Source: Octopus sinensis (taxonomy: Eukaryota). Taken from it: a stretch of DNA of 64,000 nucleotides. Made by a program: the position numbers and the translations under genes. The DNA is taken from NCBI RefSeq assembly GCF_006345805.1, contig NC_043014.1:17918001-17982000 (forward strand), written 5' to 3'. Below are positions 55,801 to 64,000 of this stretch, piece after piece (position 1 is the stretch's first letter; each line of letters starts with the position of its first letter). The notes beneath the pieces were generated by a model that was not told the origin of the DNA, made no database searches, and saw only the letters and a program-made list of their open reading frames with translations.

Positions 55801-57178
55801 ATAAATTATTTCTAGTTGAGTTTTTAATCTCCTACTGTGAGATTATTTGGGCTGCGGCGTTACTATTAAATACAACATTTTCCCGTTTGCTTTTTGTGTT
55901 TGTGTAGTTATATTTTTAGGATTACTTTATATGTGAATGTATTAATTCATACATTCATTTCTTCCTGCTTTGCTGCCAGACCATGAGTGCGGATCTTTTG
56001 AGGATTCATTGGAAGAATTTTAATTGTTTTAAGTGTTATCAGATTTTCCATAAGAGGGTCATAAAAGTCACATCAGAAAACTTTTGACATCTCGCGTTTA
56101 ATTGTGACTGTTCTAACGCTGTTGTTATTATTTTTATTTTCAGTATGGCTTACAGGGGTCATCGCGGACATGTTTGACGTTGATGATAATTTTATGTTTG
56201 TGACACAGATAAAAAAAATATATAACCACTCCCATTAACCCTAGCACAACAATACCAAAACTACATAAAATAGAACAAGGTCTAACACTTGATGGAGCAC
56301 TCTAACTACTTACAAAGGCGCCATAGAGTAGAGTCGGCGGAGTGTCGGAAAAAATTCCTTTAAAGTACATAGTTACGTATCTACGTTTCTGAATTAAAAT
56401 GCCATTGTGGTCGACCTCGCCTTTCGACTCTTCTGGTTCGATAATAAGTGAGGTTGATTTAATCAAGTAACTCACCGCCGCCACTACTGCAATGTTAAAA
56501 ATGTGTTGAGGTGGCAACATTTCTTCGCACGTCTTACATTCAGAGTTCAAATCTCGCCCTTGATGTCTTTGTCTTTCAATACTCCAACAATAATTCAAAC
56601 TAGCGGGACCTGTGAATATTTCATGGAATTAATGGTAAACCTTATTGGGTTATTTCTGAAAACCTTATCCAAAAAACCTGAAAGAGTAGCCTGTGTTGTG
56701 TCTGTATGAAAAGTTAGTCGCTCATCTGCTAATCATTGAAAAGTGAAGGAAATTGGAATGCGATGATTAACTTAATGCACTTTATATACTTTATATACAA
56801 TTTTATAGACTTAATATATAGTAGTCATAAAATTAATGGTAACTCTTATTTTTCTATTTTTTCCCTAAACAAACAAAAAATCCCGTACATATGATACAGC
56901 CTTTAGTTGCGTATATCTACCATATAAATAAGCATGAATGTCATGGAATTGCACTTATGCGCATGCGTTAAGTGATATCTATATATATATAAAACTTAGT
57001 TCAATTAAAAAAAGAATACACTTTTCACTATCCAATCACCTCCATCTCCACCACCACCGCATCATCTCTCTCTCTCTCTTCCTCTCTGTCTCCCTCCTCT
57101 CTCTCTCTCTCTCTGCCTTTCTTTAACCTCACCATCAGAACATCAGTCCACTGCTAAAATGATTACGTTCCCCCTACT

Positions 57179-57394
57179 TCACGTGATGGATGCTTCTCTC
57201 TGTCTTTCTTTCTCCCGCTGTTTCACTCTTCGCCTTATCCTCTCCTTCTCCTCTCTCCTTTTAGTTTCTCCTCTCTTTCCCTTCAAAAATCACGTGAAAG
57301 CGTTGCAGTTATATTCCCTCTATTTCACGTTATGGGTTCTTCTCTGTCCCTATTTTCTTTCTTCCTTTCTTTTCTCTAATCACGTGAAAGCGTT
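57179..57394. promoter_or_regulatory. Cluster of three TCACGTGA E-boxes
   Basis: At 57179, 57290, 57380; function inferred. Confidence 0.35.
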
Positions 57395-58734
57395 ACCGAC
57401 GGGTTAAGTAACGCAATGACAAACTGAATCATTATCAGATGATTATCATTTGATATAGAGTCAACATTTTAAGAAGGGGCTAGTCGATCAAATCGATCTC
57501 GTATTTGATGGGCACTCCGTTTTACTGACCCTTGAGGAATCAAAGACTAAGTTGACCTCGGGCAGTTATAAATTCTGAACGTATAGGGCTGCTCTATCGA
57601 TTTTTGCTAATCGCAATGATTGATTCAAATTTCTTCCGACATTTTAACGATTCTGCCAATTCACCAGCCTCAGCGATAATCATTCCTAATTTAAGCATAA
57701 AACCAGCAATGTTGGTGGGTCAAACGATACCGTCGACCCCAGTACTTGACTGGTACATTCTTTTGCTGGCACCGGAAGGATGAAAGGAAAAGTTGACCTC
57801 ACTGTCATTTGAACTCAGAACGTAAAAATATGAAATTGCCGCTAAGCATTTTGTCCGGCGTGCTTAATGAGCCCAGCAGCTCGCCGCCTTACTATATAAT
57901 AATAACAATTCTAATTTAGGCACAAGACATCAAATTTTGTGGAAGTGATGCTCGTCGATTATATTGGCTCCATAGCTCAAATGGCTCTTATTTTATCGAC
58001 CTTAAAAGGATGAAAGGCAAAATCGGTGTCTACGAAATTTGAACTCAGTACACAAAGACCGACGAAATGCCGCTAATCACTTTGTCCTCCATGCTAGTGA
58101 TCCAATCATATTACCACCTTTGCTGGTCAGAATAATGATATCTATCACTCATCGGTGTAACGGGATTTGAACACAGAAAGGAAATCTAGAATGCTGGAGA
58201 CAACATGAAGTTGATATACATAACTAAAAAAATACCCGAAGAAGTTAATCTTTTCCACCACTACGCTTCCACGCAAGAGACATATAAATAAAGGTTAAAT
58301 ATATCTGACAATGCTTACAACGTTTTAGCACAATATTTACACCCGAGACGGAACTGATCTGAGAAACACAATCCTGAGGTAGCAAGAAACGATATGTCTT
58401 CGTGTAAATCAGTAGATCCTGCACGTGTATATACGGTAGTAACCGAATATCTTGCATTGAGACTTGCGATATTCGGTTGACGTTTTATTTTTTTTATATA
58501 TTTACTGTGCAAAATCAATCTTCAAGTATTTTATTACTGGTTCAAGTTACAGAGTTAAAAGCTATATCTACAATAAACCATAAACCCGTCTTCATCTGTC
58601 ACTTGGTGGTTCTTTTTGATATATAGACTTACACGCACACACACACATACACACAAACGCATTCATATATACAGTGCATGTGAATGTGTATATATACTTG
58701 TGTGAGGATATATGTATATATATATAATGAAGAG

Positions 58735-58765
<31 letters not shown>

Positions 58766-59982
58766 TACATATGTATATATATTATATAATGTATGATACA
58801 TACATATGTCATATGATATATATATTATATAATGTGTGATATATACATATGTCATATAATATATATATATTATATAATATATGTATATATATTACGTAAT
58901 GTATGGTATATACATACGTTAAATAATACATATATTTATATACATTATGTAATATATATATACACACATATAGTATCCATACACATATATACATGCATAT
59001 ATATAATGTGTAAATATTTATCACACACACATGTGCACACATACAACCACATACATACACACACATATGCGCGTACACAAACGCACACACACTCATGTTT
59101 ATGCAAAGACATAATTTTACATATACGTGTTAGTGTGTTTACATCACCGTAACCTAGTGGTCCGGCAAAAGAAACTGATAGAATAAATACCAGGCTTTGA
59201 AAATTAAGTAATGGGATTGATTCTTCGTTCTACTGAAATTTTTTATGGCGGTGCTCCAGTAAGGCCGCAGGCTAATGGTTGAAATAAATAAAAGAGTATG
59301 TATATATATATAGGTTTATGCACCTGTTTTGCAAGATTCCTGATGTGGAAATCTGTGGAAACAGATATTGCTATACTTGGAGATGGTCATATGTTTTGCA
59401 AATTATAGTGCACCTGATGAAGGCCGGAGGGTATATCAGCCGAAACGTTGTGTTAACAAACGATAAGGACAAATATCCGTCAAAGGTAAATAATCACTTA
59501 TATATAGAACTGTATTATAGTTCTGACCATCCCACTAATATAACAATATATATAAATCCAAATTGAGGGAATATAGTGGCCCCCAGCTTAATATTTATAG
59601 CAACCTTTCTAGAGTTGCAGTGAATGCGAATTCTAGAAAGGTCGTTATAAATATTATTTACTCAATCAAATTTGATTTTTATTCACGTTCGTAACAACTC
59701 TATTTGCTAATCGTGAGCTATACAGACATTTTGAGCAAATCAAATTTTCTCGAAACGTCGATATGGGAAGAAGTGTATAACGTTCGACGCCTATAAATTC
59801 TCATATATGTATGTATGTATATATACATACATATATGTATAATCAGCCGAAATTGCGAAGATTATCTGGTTCTTGACTGATGACTGAGAGCTTCGAAAGT
59901 CCCGTCTGTGTTTTTTGTCGTTTTTTTGTCGTCTTCTAAATGTTTCACGTTCTTGTCCCAGTTTGTGTATTTTTTAAACTTT

Positions 59983-60056
<74 letters not shown>

Positions 60057-60289
60057 AGTTAATCCAAACATGAACAAAGAGAAACAAAACAACGCGGGGA
60101 CGTGGAACAAGTATAGTGTTATTGGACTCTCAGGAAAGGAAAGAAAGAAGGAGGATTTAACGTTTCGAGCGGAGCTCTTCGTCAGAAACATAGAAAAAGG
60201 AAAGGTCCAAGGAAGGGAAGACGGAGAAAGAAAATCGCCAACGATACAAACGCGGTCACACACACACACACACACACACATATGTATGT

Positions 60290-60326
<37 letters not shown>

Positions 60327-60779
60327 TAAGTGTGTGTCTTCGTGTTTCTTTCCCACCCCCTCTTGACAACCGGTGTTGATATGTTTGCGTCTCCATAACT
60401 TATCCGTTCTCTTGAATAAGTACTAGGCTTTAAAATAAATTAGTATACTGGGGTCTATTCGTTCGATTGAAAACCTTTCAAAGTAATGATATCAAAGTCC
60501 AATCGAAAAGTAGTCAAGTTTTCGGCATTGAGCAGCAAACAGTGAATAACTTAAGGGATGGATTGAAGAAAGATATTGCCGGGTGAAAAAGAGATTTAAG
60601 ATGTTGCATAAGGATTCTGGGCAAAGAGGGCTGGTAAGAGGAAAGTTATAAAACACCAGTTTGAAACTTAGAGATGTTACGAAATCTATGTCACCATATT
60701 GTGTTTCTTATTAAAAGTGTTTCGATATGAAAGAAGAGTTCACCAAACGGACCAAATGCACTAATGACAATGTTGTTTA

Positions 60780-61030
60780 TAGCAATGTTGTTATAAAGTT
60801 TGTAATATTGCTTATAATATTCAAGTGGTTCTTTATTTCAATATGGCGTCCAGTGTTATCTGGCATTTTCATTGAGATTTAAGCCTACTTATAAAGGACC
60901 AGTTTAAAGGTAACTGGATTTGCTCGAGTCATTCTTCATTATAATTTAAGGCTGCCAGTAACATCTCACAATGAAATATCTGGGTATATTATATTTTTTT
61001 TCTGAATCTTTGGAGCACTATGTTCATGCC
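60780..61030 (-). mobile_element. Possible decayed DNA-transposase remnant
   Basis: APK...CEMLLAALNYNEE across frameshifts, resembling a recalled APK..LAALH.NEN transposase motif. Confidence 0.3.
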
Positions 61031-61544
61031 ATTTTGTGTGTGTGTCCCTGATGTTCTTAGACACCACAAGACTGAAACAATGTAAGACAAAAATTGGTGA
61101 AAAATTTGTCAATAGCGGTTTGAAGTGTGCAAAGGAACTCTATATATATCTATGAAGATTCTCAACAAGGCTTGAAATAAGGCAAAGAATGTACCCTTCG
61201 TTAAAACGATACTAAACACTAAACGCAATATTATAAAACTTTGAAAAATGTCCTGACCTTTAGCTTGGACCAGGACATTCACTAGCACCTAAAATGCGAT
61301 ATATTCTATTGAAGACCTTGAATATGAACGAAGTGTTGCATGAAATGAGCTAAAGTCCAAATGATTCGAATTGGCTAAAGAATTCTCCAACCAGGAATCC
61401 GAGGTTTAGTCATGAACGATGTGGTCTAACAAAAACAAATGCTGTCAGTTTTCCGAATAAGAGCCGTTATACATGGTGCAACCAAACTAAAAGATGAGGG
61501 CAGGATTACTTGCAAGGAACAGCTAAACATGGAGGAGTTGGAGC

Positions 61545-61700
61545 TATTGTATGGCGGGAGGAGGCAGTTCGTGCGTTGTATGGCGACAGGAGGCAGTTCG
61601 TGCGTTGTATTGCAGGAAGAGGTAGTTTGCTCGTTGTATGGCAGGAGGAGATAGTTTGTGCGTTGTATGGCGGGAGGAGGCACTTTGTGCGTTATGTGGA
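61545..61700. repeat. 29-bp minisatellite, ~5 units
   Basis: gag(g/a)(c/t)a(g/c) at 61561, 61590, 61619, 61648, 61677. Confidence 0.9.
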
Positions 61701-62246
61701 TCGCGACTTATCTTTGTTGAAAAACTTTTAAATGGCTCAAAATACTTCAAGAGGTTCTAGTACTTGTTTATTCCAACGAAACGATTGATAAATCAACCAG
61801 TTTTCCTCGATTCCCTACAAAGTATCACAAGCTTGGAAAAGAATATATACTTTCATCGCTAAGTTAATCGATTCCTGCTTGATCGGATGGAAGCTGCGGT
61901 GATATTAGATAAAATATGCCCTACAAAATACTGAAACAAAATTTCGTTCATTTTCGATAGTTTTTCACAATGTTGTTTTATTGTTACTGCAAATGATACG
62001 GTTTAATTGCAAGTTCGCATATATATATTCGTTTTTAGAAAACTCCATTTGCCTTACTGTCCATGCGGTATCCTGTGTATGAATATTATGTGGACAAGCC
62101 ATCTGGCCATATTTGTTTTCGTCGAAGAACAGTTTTGACCTTAACGTCAAAATTCATCTTCTCATGAAGCAAGAAATTATTATATTTTACGACTTTTATT
62201 ACCTGTTTCTCTCGTAGAATAGCTGTCTGACAAGCAGGCTCACTTA

Positions 62247-62250
<4 letters not shown>

Positions 62251-62288
<38 letters not shown>

Positions 62289-62320
62289 CACAGCTTAAGT
62301 GTTCTGTACTCAACAATCAG

Positions 62321-62389
<69 letters not shown>

Positions 62390-63539
62390 CAATGCCATCA
62401 CCACCATTCTTCTGCCACCACCATGTGATTAGTATAATATATATGCGATGATTATACTTTAAGAAAAACACTAACCTGGGTTTCATCATAGAACACACCA
62501 TTTCTTCGAAACGTAATTCAACCAATTATGGCGCCCACTTATATGCACGGCTGGATACGAATGGGGGATAATAAAATAGTAATGGATTCTCTTCCCCTTA
62601 CCCGCAGAACTCCAAAGAGATAATGTTTGGAAGTGTTCCACAATCTCCGACCTGGAAATCTACATCAACATCGGAAATCTAAATCAACATCTCCCAGAAT
62701 ATTCTCAAAATACATTGTTGTTTATACCATTCATTAATGGTATAGAAAATGTATGTATTGAATGCAGTTATTCTTGTACTTGGCTTGTTAGTTTCATTCA
62801 CCTCGAAAGAATGCAATTCTAAGTTGACCACGATGAGATTTGAACTCAAGACAGGGAGAGTCGAAATAAATATACAAATATTGTAAGACATTGTTCTTGA
62901 CGCTAAACCAGTTCTGTTAATCCCCCAATATTTTATATACAGGCGGAAGGCCGCATATTTTGAGAGGTGCAACAGTCGCTTATATCAACAACAAAAATTC
63001 TGAGGGAAAAAGATTAGTCGATTAAATTGACACTAATATTTTGCCTGATATTTTATCCTTAATAATATCTAACATATCCATAATTATTTCTAGTATAGAC
63101 AGTTTTACTGGTCCCTGAATTGAATCTGGTGGCGTGATACGAAAACTCGCGCGCGTGCGTACGCACGAAGAGGCGTAAGTAATCAAAAAAATGTTGGACG
63201 TTTATAGTTCTGCCACCAAGTGAATTATAGAAATGACAAGGCCAACAGATTTAACATGGAATCTAACTTGCTATCTCAGGAAATAACACTGAGATTACGA
63301 AAATGAAAACATTTCAAGGAGTATTCTGTATAAATTACACAAGTTAACTGACTGCAAGCAAATTCGTGCTTATATACATACATACAGACATACATGTATG
63401 CGTATATGTGTGTGTGTATACGGTGTGTGTGTGTGTGTGTGTGCGTGTGCGTATGTGTGCATGCATGTGTGTGTTGCCTTCAAGATATGTATGTATAGAG
63501 GTTGTATGTATATGTAAATGTATGTAAATGCCTCTCGCA

Positions 63540-63577
<38 letters not shown>

Positions 63578-63609
63578 CACAGCTTAAGTGTTCTGTACTC
63601 AACAATCAG

Positions 63610-63678
<69 letters not shown>

Positions 63679-64000
63679 CAATGCCATCACCACCATTCTT
63701 CTGCCACCACCATGTGATTAGTATAATATATATGCGATGATTATACTTTAAGAAAAACACTAACCTGGGTTTCATCATAGAACACACCATTTCTTCGAAA
63801 CGTAATTCAACCAATTATGGCGCCCACTTATATGCACGGCTGGATACGAATGGGGGATAATAAAATAGTAATGGATTCTCTTCCCCTTACCCGCAGAACT
63901 CCCAAAGAGATAATGTTTGGAAGTGTTCCACAATCTCCGACCTGGAAATCTACATCAACATCGGAAATCTAAATCAACATCTCCCAGAATATTCTCAAAA
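62251..64000 (+). repeat. Near-identical direct duplication, offset 1289 bp (62251-62710 vs 63540-64000)
   Basis: Identical ORFs at 62310-62525 and 63599-63814; one C insertion seen; both copies start in (CT)n. Confidence 0.95.

Noticed and set aside
54916-56250. Strong plus-strand acceptors with branch points at 54916 and 56144
   Set aside because: All frames stop early and give no recognisable product; not excluded as non-coding exons
61545-61700. CRISPR-like periodicity
   Set aside because: No unique spacers, no cas genes, eukaryotic context
62608-62739. Open 132-nt plus-strand exon-like segment
   Set aside because: Weak donor, no recognisable homology, and the duplicate copy is frameshifted

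Overview
AT-rich, microsatellite-dense animal genomic DNA. The SINE families look like those I recall from octopus/coleoid cephalopod genomes (inference, no search run). Only one host coding exon is well supported: a 148-nt minus-strand internal exon (6193-6340) resembling exon 2 of APCDD1, a Wnt antagonist. Most of the rest looks intronic/upstream. It is filled with tRNA-derived SINEs, five 5'-truncated L1/Tx1 LINE copies, R4/Dong-type, RTE and Penelope-like fragments, MITEs, many fold-back inverted repeats, and a near-identical repeat pair 1289 bp apart at the right edge. No rRNA, intact tRNA or CRISPR array was seen. I found no convincing new multi-gene system. The best leads are a perfect 131-bp palindrome carrying a complete type I hammerhead fold, subfamily-specific microsatellite tails/targets of the Tx1 LINEs, a high density of fold-back elements, and a candidate CRE promoter with a possible first exon for the APCDD1-like gene.
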